A stretch of DNA of 64,000 nucleotides, from contig NC_043009.1 in assembly GCF_006345805.1 (NCBI RefSeq), positions 37,510,001-37,574,000 of the forward strand, given 5' to 3'. Below are positions 1-12,223 of the stretch, piece by piece; the stretch's first letter is position 1, and every line of letters begins with the position of its first letter. The notes under the pieces were generated by a model. It ran no database searches. It had not been told where the DNA came from and saw nothing but the letters and a program-made list of their open reading frames with translations. The position numbers were made by a program, and so were the translations under genes. The DNA is from Octopus sinensis. Taxonomy: Eukaryota.

Positions 1-65
1 TTTTTCTCGCTTTGTTATTGTTTTTTTTCTCTCTCTCTGTCTAGGTTGTATGGTTCTAAACTCAA

Positions 66-249
66 TGAATAGAATCTCGACTACGACGACTACTGCTACC
101 GTTACCGCTGCTGCTGCTGCTGCTGCTGCTGCTATTGCTACTGTTGCTGCTGCTACTACAGCTGTTGTAATAAGTGTTATCCTCTACTGATGTTGTTGTT
201 GTTGTTGCTGTTGATGGTGGTGGTGGTGGGGTGGTGGTGGTGCTGGTGG

Positions 250-290
<41 letters not shown>

Positions 291-369
291 ATGATGATGG
301 TGCTACTGGTGGTGCTGGTAGTGGTGATGATGGTGGTACTGGTGGTGGTGCTGGTGGTGCTGGTGGTGC

Positions 370-413
<44 letters not shown>

Positions 414-863
414 CTGGTGGTGGTGGCGCTGATGGCGCTGATTTTGATATTTTCTGCAGTGTTGGCAAAAAGAAGGTGGTGCCGATGACAACGATGATGA
501 CAACGATGACAACGATGATGATGATGATAATAATGATGACGACGACGACGACGACGATGATAAATGTGTTTATAAATGGTTACACTTATGGCTGCTGCGC
601 CTACTGATTGTTATGAATGTTTCGTACTGGCAACAATTAATGTTACTGAGGTTGGATTATTATCGCTGCTGTTGCTGCTGTGGTTGCTGCTTCTGCTGCT
701 GCTTCTGTTGCTGTTGCTGCTGTTGTTGTTGTTGTTGTTGTTGTCGTCGTCGCCGCCGCTGCGGCGGCGGCGGCGGCGGTGGTGGTGACTGAAGAGCTGG
801 TGGCCCTGGTTTTTAGTAATGTGGACAAAGAATGAAATGAGTAATACAATAATAATAAATACC

Positions 864-907
<44 letters not shown>

Positions 908-950
908 CAGTAGCAGTAGTAGTAGCAGTAGCAGTAGTTGCTTTTCATCC
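66..950. repeat. Compound trinucleotide microsatellite (GCT/GTT/GGT/GAT/GTA/GAC/GCG runs)
   Basis: Directly visible runs. The ORFs called here are homopolymeric translations. Confidence 0.97.
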
Positions 951-1101
951 AAAGAAGGATTCAGAGTACCATTGTTTTTGTACCTGTCTGCTGTGCAGGG
1001 GCCAGAATTTCATGTCAATGCACTTTATAAACTTTGATAGGTATATTAGCACAAGACTGTCTTGAGTAACAGTTGTTCTTTGACTAATATTTATATATAT
1101 A

Positions 1102-2428
1102 CTACCTTAAAAGCCGCCCTATCGGCCCTATCGGGCGGCTTTTAAGCTAGCCCCGGTGGAGGGCTCTTAATTAGGCCTTGGGCCCAACAATGACACTTCA
1201 TGCATTGAGTATGTGGTGTTATGAGCCAGTCTGTGTTGTAGGGAAGGATCGGAATTCAGAGAGTAGGTATGTCCTGTCGGAAGTGGGGCCTGTGGGTCCC
1301 ACCGGAAGGGCCGCGGTGGGCATGCGGAGTCAGTGGAGCGTGAGGAGGTAGTCGGTGGCAAACAGCGCACCAGAGCGGACGTGTTAGATTGTACGGCGTC
1401 GGATAGCGCACGTGGACATTGAGTGAACCTTGTAGATCGAGACAAAGCTCGTGGACGTTGAAAGTTACCCCTTTTTCCGGACCGACTGGTAAGACTACAA
1501 CAATTCTCTCTTCGCTTCCATTTTCTTTTTCTTCCTTTACATCATATGTCAACCTACGAATAAAACAATAAACTAATAGCAAACTCTTTTGAAGAGACAA
1601 ATTGCTATGCCTAAACCAAGTTCCTTTATGAAGTGGCATTTGGTTTTTCGCCTTCTCTTTACAAGTTTTCTTATTGCACTGAAAACTGCGCTCTGCGTGA
1701 GATCTTCCGGCACGCTTCATCTTGTAGATTTTATTCAGCTTAGTTTTACAAGATGGGCAACGCATTTGTTTGACTATGAGTCCAAGTTCCTGGCAATAAT
1801 TAACCGTTGACTCTTTGTCAGATATTTTGAGGAAAGTCTATACAGGTTTACGCCAAGCTTTTTTCCCTTGTCTCTGCAATGTTGCCGAAGCAGTAGACGT
1901 AGAGGATTTCTCATAATCCGACATCTTGGAGCGAACTGAGAACGCGCGTGTTGGTGGCATGAGTATTTATATTTTATGAGAGAAGTAGTCTGCTGCCATC
2001 TACATCCTGTGCTGTGCATAATAGAATTCTAACGTATTTCAATCGTTAAAAAAACGCACTTTTATGATGTATGAGGTGGGGATAGGTACAAAAAGAAGTC
2101 TTTCCAAGATAGAAAATAAATCATTAGACTGGTGAATAAATAAAGAGCTCACCAAACGAAGTCTACACATTTCAGAGGTAAATGAAAAAATTCTCTAAAC
2201 TGTTTATTTATTCCATAAATGTTATTGACCTCTTAATTTTCTTGTATTTTGGTTATACGCAACGGTTTTGTTTGTTATTTTCAACTCTCCTGATTTTTTT
2301 GACTACTACTTCTGCTCTAAGCAAGTTGGTTTCTTGAGCTCACCTGCGCGGTCTTCTGAGCTATCGGACACAGACTGTTGTGTTGTAGGTAGTTTCAAGA
2401 GGCAGCATGCAGCGTAACAATATATGTA

Positions 2429-2430
<2 letters not shown>
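1102..2430 (-). mobile_element. Helitron-like non-autonomous element; 3' terminus is a 14-bp GC hairpin plus (C/G)TAG next to (TA)n
   Basis: Stem cttaaaagccgccc (1106-1119) / gggcggcttttaag (1133-1146). A second copy of this terminus with an intact CTAG lies at 31304-31385. The 5' boundary is lost in (TA)n. Confidence 0.45.
1541..1924 (-). pseudogene. Merlin/IS1595-like transposase N-terminal fragment (zinc ribbon), frameshifted, no DDE domain
   Basis: Joined frames give NLYRLSSKYL../LINYCQELGLIVKQMRCPSC...FQCNKKTC...HKGTWFRHSNLSLQKSLLLVYCF. This matches the CxxC..CxxxxC..GTWF...L pattern of Merlin/ISXO2 transposases. Confidence 0.55.
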
Positions 2431-2480
<50 letters not shown>

Positions 2481-2522
2481 ATATATAATATATATATATA
2501 TTATATATATATATATATATAG
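2422..2522. repeat. (TA)n microsatellite
   Basis: Visible. Confidence 0.97.
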
Positions 2523-3210
2523 TAATATAGGTGTGTTTCAAAAAAAGACTTCTAATGTTAATTCTTCGTATTTTGCAGGTAGTTTACAGGCGTAAATTTG
2601 CGAAGATATGAAAGTAATACTTGTATATGATGTGTGGTGAATTTATGGAAAGAAGTTCAATAAAACTCATCAATTAAGTTAAAAATGGAGAAGACAAGTT
2701 GTTAAAATATGTAAGAGAATTTTAATTCATGCAAACGATCGTTTCGTGCAGAGATATAAAAATAATGCAAATACATGATTGAATTGAATTAGATTAAATT
2801 AATTTAATTAATTTAATTATATATATAAATGTACTCTTCAGTGCAGGAAGTGTAAACAAAATTTACAATGAACTTGAGAAAGGATATAGCAGAACAGAAT
2901 GTAGGACATTCATCTTTTATCCTTGTGACAAAGAGATGTGAGACAAGTTAGATATTAACTATAACAATTTGGAAGGCTTTTATGGGTTTTTTAATGCTTA
3001 AGTTATATAATATTGTTATATTATATTCATTGTATATCATGTAATATTATAATATAAATGAATTATTGGATTGTCAATAGTATCTCTCTATTTGATTTAT
3101 CTTTGTAATTTGCATTATACCCATAGTTATATGGTATTCAAATGACGTACCAGTGAATTGGATATTTAACACACCCCTTTGAAGGATCCTTTTTCCTCAG
3201 TTCGTTACTT

Positions 3211-3216
<6 letters not shown>

Positions 3217-3280
<64 letters not shown>
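3217..3280. repeat. (AAT)n microsatellite
   Basis: Visible. Confidence 0.97.
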
Positions 3281-3281
<1 letters not shown>

Positions 3282-4334
3282 GGGAGTATAACTCCAAACT
3301 TACAGGGAAATATTCAATTTAGTATTAAATCAAATTTCACAATATAAATATATAAAATATAAATTAGAGATAAAACCACTATTATACAACTCAAACAGTG
3401 ATAGACATAAACCAAAACATAAATAACAAATAAAGTATATTTTTTTAAAACATATAACTAGATCTCAAAAAGTATAAAAATGAATAATCAATATATAATA
3501 AGTAAAAAAAACTACGTACGTTTCATGGCTACAATTAAATTCGAATTACAATTAAATCTAAATTTAATTGAAATGAATTCAATTTAAAATTATAGTCAAT
3601 CTTCAGGTAAACAATAATAGTTAAATAAATAAGCAAATAGAGTTAAACAATATTTATTTAAAAAATAAATAAAATAATAATTTTTCTTATAGAAAAAACT
3701 CCATTCACTAAATTTGAAACTTAAAACATTAGGATTATTTCCTACAACACATTTATTATGTTAAATATTTAATATTTAAGGTAAAAAAAAGAGTAAATAG
3801 ATAGAAATATGTATTTATCTGTGAATATATAATTTAGCTTAAAAAACATTAATAAACTATCGAATATCTCAGTTATACTCCAATATTTAATTTTCTATTG
3901 ATAAACGTATAAACATATAACCAAAAATAAATTAGCCCATTATTATTACATAAATATTATAGATATCTATAGAAAATATTTATGAAATACAATTTAAGAA
4001 TTGAAAAATTCAAATTAAAAACGCATAACCTATCTTTATAAAATACTTATTATTAATATTATCATCACTATTATCATCACTATTATCAAAAACATTTTTA
4101 CGATCTATATGTTATATGTTTATACGTTTATATGTTTATACATTTATTGATAATAAAAAATTTAGATGTTTAATTACTATATTTGTTGATTATAATTTAG
4201 ACACTTATTTTTATGTATTTGTTATTTTATAATTATTATATGCGAACTAAAATCTAAAAATATTAATAGTGATTATTTTGTTAAATAATTTGGCAATTAA
4301 ATATTGGAGTATAACTGAGTTAGAGATATTCGAT
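3281..4334. mobile_element. AT-rich Penelope-like terminal remnant with internal inverted repeats
   Basis: Inverted repeat 3859-3892 vs 4295-4334, hammerhead-like motif at 3506-3612, adjacent (AAT)n. No coding evidence. Confidence 0.3.
3506..3612 (-). ncRNA. Degenerate minimal hammerhead-ribozyme-like motif
   Basis: Minus strand: CTGAAGA - long AT-rich stem II - GAAA-CGTACG-TA. Helix I is poorly paired. Confidence 0.3.
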
Positions 4335-4596
4335 CAACACCAAGAAGGAAGAAATTTTATTTACACATATTTATTCCTTTTTGCCTGACAGGTAGTTAGA
4401 GACAGTAGTATTTGTAATGATAGTGAAATTTTTTCGATAGTGACCAAAAGGTTGCTGTCTACAAGTAGAGAGAGAAAGAGTAAGGAATGCATGGTGCTAA
4501 CTAGAAAGGAAGAAAGGATAAATGTGGCTCTGCTCTGATTGGCTGTATGCAAATGAGTTCATTACTGGGGTCCGGAAATCTGGTGGGGAAAAAATT

Positions 4597-5172
4597 TTGC
4601 AAGCCGTTCAAGCTGCTCGCAGTAAATCTACTTTGTTACCGTATGTTTTAAGTCTGAAAGTTCAAAGTGGACTAAACCTTTCATATCCCACCAAACAGAC
4701 AACAACACCCTACGTGGGTAAATACCTTCTTTAGCCTGGGGTGCCGGTGTTTCTGCTTTCCCTACCCACTGTCTTCGGTGCTTGACATTTTTAGAGAGAA
4801 CCGATTTCTCGTCACCAGTTGTTATTCGGTCCAAAAAATGTTCATTCGTGAGACGTGACAGCAAAGAAGAGCACACATTCACTCTCTGCGCGAGATTAAA
4901 CTCGGAAAGTTTGTGAGGAACCCATTGACCCAATTTGCTGATTTTTCCGATTATACGGAAGTGTCAATGAATGGTTGAAAGACCAAATCTAAGCTTTTCT
5001 GCTCGTTCCTCAATAGTTACGATGGGATTCTGTTCTACCAGGGTTTGTAGGACGTCCTCGTCGAGCTCTACAGATCTTCCGGGACGAGGCTCGTCTACTA
5101 GAATCTAGCTTCTGGCTCGGAATTTCTGGAACCACCGTTGACACTGGCATATGCTTATTGCCCGATCCCAAG
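4597..5172 (-). pseudogene. Mariner transposase fragment (family distinct from 7793-9055)
   Basis: Translates to ISICQCQRWFQKFR..DEPRPGRSVELDED..STIH..KLGQWVPHKL..TTGDEK..VWWDMKG..YCEQLERL, with stops. Confidence 0.9.
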
Positions 5173-8100
5173 GATTTCTGGTAACTATCCAGATACCCTG
5201 GTCCAAAGGTTCTCCTAAACAGGTTGGTCAACTGACTTCCATCGACGCCCAGAGTCTCTCCGAAGACGTTGTCTGACATAAACTCTACCAGCCCGCTATA
5301 GAAATCCGCTGTGGGACTCCTGATGCCAATATTGCCCACCTGGGGGAGCAGCTTGAGTGCCTGTCGACACTCTAACTGCTACTCGCCCTGCCAAGGTCTA
5401 CGCTTGATCCATGGACCAATATTCCGTAGGGATATCAATTGAGGGAAGAAAAATCTCACGTGCGGTGACCACACCTGCTCACCATCCAAGTAAAGCCAGA
5501 GGTGCCTAAGCCTTAGCGTGAATTTGCGCATCCTCAGCCACGGCATCCCTAGCCCACACTTTATCGGTTTTTGGCAGCAGACAGAGCGCCTTACCAGAGG
5601 TCCTCTTCCCTTCCACAAAAAGTGGAATAGGAGTCGTTCCAGCTTCTTCCACAAATCGGGGCAAGGTACGACAGTCAGGCGGTAGGTGATAAAGGATACT
5701 ATAAACACCCGTGCCACCTCCGCCCTTCTTGTCAGGGATAACGCCCTTCCAGACCAGATCCGGTTTAGGGCAATCACTTTGCCTGTAACCTCGCTCCAAT
5801 TCTCTATCTGGAGGTCTGGACCGAACCAGACCCCTAGCATCTTAATCGGACCTTCCTTCCAACGTCCCACGACGTTATTGGGCGGCATTGATTTGTCCCT
5901 CCAGGTGCCGAGTTGCAAACCGACTGACTTGTCCTGATTAATTACAGCTCCGGTCACCGCTTCGTATCCTTTGATGGCGTTTTCTACACTAGGTAGCTGC
6001 CCTTCATCGGATACAATGATGGTGATGCCATCAGCGTACGCAGTAGCTGTTCTTCCGCCCCATAGATCATGCAAAACACCCCCAACCGCTTCCACCCTTC
6101 GCAGTAATGGCTCATGAGCCAGCACATGCAAAAGCGGAGACAGGGGATATTCCTGGCGAACTGAGCTCTCAATATTGAACGGTTTCTTCTCGAAACCGTT
6201 TACCCGGACGACAGACGCTATGTTGCTGTACAAAGCAGCGATCCAGCCACGGAAAGTCGAGCCTAGCCCGGCCGCCTCGAGAACCGCCGCCAGATACCAT
6301 GGTCGACCCTATCAAATGCTTTAGACTGGTCTAAAGGCACCAGTGCCCCACCTTTGTCAGAGATTTTACCCACCCTCTCTAAGGAGTAGCGTATGAGGTA
6401 GAGATTGTCGTGTATCGACCTACCTGGGATAACGCAAGCTTGCACTTCACCAACAAGGTTTGCGCTTTCCCGACCCGCGCTAACCTCTTTGCTAGCACAT
6501 TGGCCAAAATCTTTAACTCTGTATTTATCAGCGTTATGGGCCTAAAGTTATTTATGATAACCTCCTTGCTTGGGTCCTTTCTTATCAGCGTCACCCACCC
6601 CCGACTTGCAGCTTTAACTAATTCTCCTATTCTGCTGCCAGTTGGCATAGACGCTGACCAGCAGGTGCCCGAACAAGTCTGGCATGCTTTTATAAAACTC
6701 ATAGGGAAAACCATCAAGTCCCGGTGATTTGTCCCCGAGAGCAACTCGACAACTTCCGCAGCCGTGATCGGTTCTTCACAGCTCTCAGCCTCTCGTGCCA
6801 AGAGACGCAGCCCACCAGCCAGGAAGTCCCGAAGGGCCTTACCATGTTCCAGCGCACCGCCCCGCCCGAACAAAGTGCTTGTAAAAAACCTGATACGTTA
6901 ATTCTTGTCCTTCAATCGAACGCCCATCTTCCTCGACCAAAGACCTAATCGTAGTATCATTGCCACGCAAGGTTTCTACCGAGCGTGCCCATCCGGCAAC
7001 ATTGATTCCTTCGCGGCCCAATGCACGAACTTTAGCCTAAACTCTGCACCCTTCATGTCTGGCATTGAGTTCTAAGGCCAAAATTTGGGAAGCAGAGCCC
7101 AATCTCAACGCCTCTTCTAATGCCTTAACTAAGTTCCCTTCTACTCTGGCCCTATCTAAACTTAGCTCCTGACTAAATCTGATAGTCTCAAATCAGATGG
7201 CTCTTTTAAGGGCAAACCACCACCTGTTATTTAACACGGCGCCGGTTAATGCCCTCATCACTAACTCCTTAATCCGGCTACGGTATATCTCGCAAGCCAA
7301 AATAGATTTAAGCTTCCAGTAGCCGGATCCCTTTCTATGTGCTTTATCTATGTGCATCCTATACGTCATTAATTTGAGATCCGTGTAGGAGACCTGAAGA
7401 AATTGTGGACAACTAAAACTAGCCTTATCTTTAATTCACGCCACTATCCTATCTATGTAAGACTTGAACGCCCCGTCGCCACTCATCCAGGTCCACACTG
7501 GAACGCTCGGGTGATCGAGTCTATGACGATCTGCCAGCTGAAAGCTCTAAAGTAGATCGGTGAAGCGTGAGTTAACACTCCTACCAGTCGATCCACCGTT
7601 ATCCAGACGTGCATCCCGGATAGCGTTGTAATCTCCTAAAACAACTAATCTTGGACGCCACGAGAAAACCCTCGAGGCACCGATAGAAATCAACCTGTTT
7701 ACTTTCTACACCAGGTGCATAAAATCCGACCAACCTGAAAGCTTTATTGTTGTATGTCAAGTCAAGGACGACCAGCACACCTTCAGGATCTATCAGGTCA
7801 TCCCATAAGTTCTGTCCGAATTTTGAATAAAGAAAACAAGTGATCAAATGTTATATTTAATTGAAATTGAATCATCAATGTACTTTCCCTGATTATCTAT
7901 GACTTCCTTCTATCTATTTACAAGCTTTTTAATCCCATCAATGTAAAACTCTTTTGGTTTCAAGGCGAAGAACTCTGAAATATCAATTTCGACCTCCTCC
8001 TGACTTGCGAAAGTTATGTCCCCCAAAGGATTCTGTAAACTACGAAACAAATGGTAGTCTGAAGGAGTAAGGTAGGGAGAATAAGGTGGATGAGGAATAT

Positions 8101-9315
8101 TTTCCCAACCAAGCTCTTCGATCTTCTGTGATGTGATCTTTGCAGTGGGGGGCCGCGCATTGTCCTGATGAAACATCACTCCTTTTCGATTCACTAAAGC
8201 GGGTCTTTCTTCTTCAAAGCTTGATTCAAATGCTCTAATTTCTGACAGTAGACTTGAGCATTGATTGTTGCATTAGGAGGTAACAATTCAAAGTGAATTA
8301 TTCCTTTGCAATCCCACCAGATAGAGAGAAGAACCTTTTTCCCATAAAGTTCCCTTCTCGGTTGTGGTTGAGCTTTTTCCCTTTTACCAAGCCACTGTTT
8401 ACGACGTTTAACATTCCGATAGAAAATCCATTTTTTGTCATCAATTACAAGTCTATCCAAAATGGGTGAAATAAGTTCGCGAGAAAGGAGAGAAGAGCAG
8501 ATGTCAACTCGGGATTTGTAGTTGCTTTCGGACAATTCATGAGGCACCCATTTAACAAGTTTAGAAACCTTTCCAAGTTGTTGAAGATGACGATGAACAG
8601 TTGTATGGTTTGAACTAAGCTTTATTGCCAATTCTTCAACTGATAATGCCTCAAGGAGATTATAATTAAATTCAACTGGACGTCCTATTCGATCTTCAGC
8701 TTCAAGGCTGAAATCTCCCCTTATAAATTTTGCAAACCATGTTCTGCAAGTTCTTTCATTCAAGCATTCTTTCCAATAAACTGAGTGTATGTTTCGAGTC
8801 GCTTCGGTTGCAGAGTTTCCTTTTTTGTACTCATAAAGCATTATGTGCCTCAAATGCTCTTTGGATACTTCTATGTTAGAAAGGGTTTTAATCAAAGAAA
8901 TTTTAATTCTATTCTGTAAAATAATATTTAATTAGTTTAAAAGTACACTAATGCATAAAAATAATTTTTAATTCCGTTAGACATTCTAAAATACTATTAA
9001 ATTTCATTCAGTTTTAAAAAAGGTAAAATCGGACCGAACTTATGGGATGACCTGATATAAAGACTGTACTTGTCTGCAGAGACAAGAATTTTCGAAGCAG
9101 AACCACTATTCTCCTCGACCTCCGGTCTGTCTAGGGGACATGATTTTCTCATAGCCATTCAAGAGAGTCGGAAAGGCTTATAGCCTGTCCAGCTTGGTCT
9201 CTGTAGCAACCATCACATCTATATCTTGTGACTTGAGGTTGTCGAGAAAGCAAGATTGCTTCCACTTCGAGCTCAGGCCACGTACATTCAAACAACAAAG
9301 TTTAAGTGAAGCCAT
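5172..9315 (-). pseudogene. LINE ORF2 (APE endonuclease + reverse transcriptase), frameshifted
   Basis: ATG at 9315: MASLKLCCLNVRGL..DVMVATETKL; DPEGVLVVLD..FRLVGFYAP; FRPITLINTELKILANVLAKRL; LDQSKAFDRVDH; PLSPLL; YADG (from YADD); INQDKS. Confidence 0.92.
7793..9055 (-). mobile_element. Full-length mariner (D,D34D) transposon, 1263 bp, TA TSD
   Basis: TIR TCAGGTCATCCCATAAGTTC(T/G)GTCCGA at both ends, TA at 7791-92 and 9056-57. WVPHEL, QDNARP and PSDYHLF motifs. One frameshift near 8207; probable start codon mutated ATG>ATA. Confidence 0.96.
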
Positions 9316-9428
9316 TGAAAAATAAAAAGGTTCCTACCTTTTTGTCGGGAAGGTAGGGGTCGACCTTGGTCTTTCTGAGGACCCCTCTCCCGTTGGTCTT
9401 TCTTTTTTTTTTTTTTTTGTGTCTTTAG

Positions 9429-10714
9429 TTATTTTGGCACCCCTGCTATCCGTCGGATGTCGACCGGATGCCTTTCTTTTAGTTGTCTAAACATAGTCTC
9501 GGCTGTTTTAGTGAATCTCATGGATAAGTCCTTATGTTCTGGGTACATCTTTGTCGTATGGTGTAATGAGATCGTGGTATGTATCTATTGATTTTTAGGA
9601 TTGTATTCCACCGTTATTTTTTTCTTCTTCATTAGTTTTTGGGGTTGAGGAGCGGGGTTTTTTTCCTTTCTGTGTGTGTAGTGGATGTGAGTTTTTTGGC
9701 GGGTGGGTTGTGAGTTGGGTAGTCAGAATGCATCTTTTTACCCTTTTTCGGGCACTCACTTCGGATTCTCTCTCCTGGTCGTCTATCTCCATGTTGTCAT
9801 CAGGAAGGAGAATTTTACCTTTGGGCGATGATGTAGGCGTCGGTGTGGGTGTCGATGCGGGGGTGGGTAACTTCTTTTTTATCCTTTTTCTCTTCCTCAT
9901 TTTCTGTGGTACTGGTTTCCAAGTGGGGTTCCTCTGTGGTAGAATGGCCACATTTGGCCCTTATGTGACCCTTCTGGTCGCATTTAAAACATCGAGGTTT
10001 CTTCCCTCGACCTGTATCCGTAGGGCGACGTCTTCACCTACGAGCACTCTTTCCGGCATTTCCTCTAGGTCACATTGGGCTGCCTGTATTAACACCTCCA
10101 CGCTCTTCCCAAGCCAGTTTTGGGGAGCGGAGCGTGTGATCTGTAAAATATTCACTTTGTCTTCCCGGTTATAACAAAGGGAAGCTATTACCCAAACGAC
10201 ATCAATTTCTGGTGGCACTTCTGTAATTTTAATCCGGAACGTCCTTCGTCCTAGATAGGTTGCCAAAAGTGTCACCGCATCTGTTTTTAACGTTAACACA
10301 GAGTGCTCGCGGGTTTTCTCTATGCTGTGAAGCCTTACCTCTAAAGAGGCGTATTTTTTCCTCGAGTCACGTAGGAGACATCTCTCCAAATGGGTCCAAG
10401 GCATTTTTCTATTTTCTCCCGTGACATATTTTCCATTTTGCGGTTTTCTACGTCGTAACTTTTATATATAATGGTTTTGCTCATAGTTTGTTTGGTTATA
10501 TCGCCTGGTGAGGGGAGATTTGGATGTCGCTCCCACTTACTTTTAACATGCCAAAGTATGACTGTAGTTCTGTGCGTGGTATTTCTAGTATTTCTGTTTT
10601 GATTTTCGTAGCTACCGCGAATCCTTTTGTTATATTTGATACTTCCATCTCTTCCTGTGGTGCAACTTTGCTCTCAAAGAGTGGAATTGTTTCCTTAATA
10701 ATTTCTTCCGACAT
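9429..10714 (-). pseudogene. LINE ORF1 (gag-like, CCHC zinc knuckle)
   Basis: A one-base frameshift restores VEGRKPRCFKCDQKGHIRAKC. The C-terminus ends ..DIRRIAGVPK* just before an A-rich inter-ORF spacer. Confidence 0.8.
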
Positions 10715-10804
10715 GGTAGAAAATAATCAAAAATTTTCTCTTTCAGAGAGAAAAGATCAATGTTCTTTTGTTTGTTTTTCTTTTTGTAGGTAATACTCCA
10801 AAAT

Positions 10805-11170
10805 AGTTTCAAATCCTTCCCCCCTGTCGGGAGAGGAACACAGTTTTAAATTAAAACAGTTCACAAATGTGTAATTCAGTGAAAAAAATTTTGCAAAAGA
10901 AAATTTTCTCTCGTCGGAGAGGCACAAGAATAAGCAGTTCGAATCCTTCCTCTGTCGGGGGCAGAACACAGTTTAATGAAAGCAGTTCACAAGAGTATAA
11001 TTCAAAAGAAAAATTTTGTCTCGTAAGAGAAACACAACAATAAACTGTTCAAATCCTTTCCCCGTCAGGAGAAGGAACACAGTTCAATAAAGATTGTCCA
11101 AAACAGACCATAGTTCACAACTGTAGTAAATATTCCCATCTTCGACACCCCCGTAGGGGGAACACAAATT
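10805..11170. repeat. Diverged ~110-130 bp tandem monomers in the LINE 5'UTR
   Basis: gtt(t/c)(c/g)aaatcctt..tcggg..gaacacagtt recurs near 10805, 10937 and 11047, with a partial copy near 11140. Confidence 0.7.
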
Positions 11171-11581
11171 CAAAACCAATTGTAGCCTGCTTGGCAGGCT
11201 ACAGTTTAACAAGGTAAACAATTCAAACAACAACAATTCAACAATACCTTTGAAAAGGAAAATCAACAATACCTTTGAAAAGGAAAATCAACAAAACACT
11301 TCTCGTTCAAATGAAGTTGCCGCTCGTACGACACAATTCGCGTACCTTGCCGACTGTTTTTCTTTATTTGGCACACAGGCCATGACACGTCAACCGGAAT
11401 CAAAAATGATTTAACACTAACAAAATTACCTCGCTGATTGTATTTCCTTTATTCAGCCCGTAGGCCATAACATAGAGGGGACAACACAAGTACAGACAAA
11501 ACACCACAGTGGGGACAAGAAACACAGAACGAACGAATGAAGGATGGATAATAACAACGAGGATGAAATGGCTCGTCTTTA

Positions 11582-11813
11582 AAGGCGGCGAGCTGGCAGA
11601 AACGTTAGCACGCCGGGCGAAATGCGTAGCTGTATTTCGTCTGCCGTTACGTTGTGAGTTCAAATTCCGCCGAGGTCGACTTTGCCTTTCATCCTTTCGG
11701 GGTCGATAAATTATGTACCAGTTACGCACTGGGGTCGATGTAATCGACTTAATCCGTCTGTCTGTCCTTGTTTGTCTTCTGTGTTTAGCCCCTTGTGAGT
11801 AGTAAAGAAATAA
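11582..11813 (+). mobile_element. tRNA-derived SINE (family A)
   Basis: Head GGCGGCGAGCTGGCAGAAACGTTAGC, B-box GAGTTCAAATTCC, central block CTTTCATCCTTTCGGGGTCGATAAA, tail ..TAAAGAAAT. Confidence 0.9.
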
Positions 11814-12223
11814 GTATCATTTAATTGCTTTTCGTTTAACGCTTATAAATCAGTTCTTTTTTCCTTCTTTTTTTTTTGCATCTGTTTTTTACAGTCATTT
11901 AAAATTTTTAACTATTTACTTACTGTTTTTTTTTTTACTATTTCATGTACGACAACAGGTCGGCGTACTCTACTACTGGCGGCAAGTCATCGAACTCGAC
12001 GCGTACTCCCGTTGGGTCCATCGTCTTTCCGAACTGTTCTCGTAGTTTTTCACATCTCTCGTCGTCAATAACTATTGCTTTGGTACTCTCTTGATAGTAT
12101 TCCGTCCTTAGTCTCACTCTTATTACTGATTTCCTTTTTGTGATTTTCTTCTCTATCTCTGTACTTTTCGAATATGTTACTATTTACCATTTACATTTTG
12201 GTTCATTTTATTTATTTGTTTCT

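Larger units (their letters stand above)
5172..11415 (-). mobile_element. Tx1/L1-clade LINE, near full length, 3'-truncated, interrupted by a mariner
   Basis: 5'UTR monomers, ORF1 with a CCHC knuckle, and ORF2 with APE and RT motifs, all collinear on the minus strand. Confidence 0.92.

Noticed and set aside
174-1037. Multiple ORFs with poly-V/L/S/P/Q/Y tracts
   Set aside because: They are translations of trinucleotide microsatellites with no domain content.
999-1040. Possible plus-strand mini-exon (cag|GGGCC..GATAG|gtatat)
   Set aside because: No recognisable protein and no partner exons; the signals could arise by chance.
2826-2872. KCTLQCRKCKQNLQ, resembling a piggyBac C-terminal Cys motif
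   Set aside because: Too short, with no other transposase motifs or TIRs.
4538-4554. CCAAT box plus octamer ATGCAAAT
   Set aside because: No snRNA or histone gene nearby; it sits among TE debris.
11582-11640. tRNA genes at SINE heads
   Set aside because: No complete cloverleaf; each head continues into a SINE body and tail.
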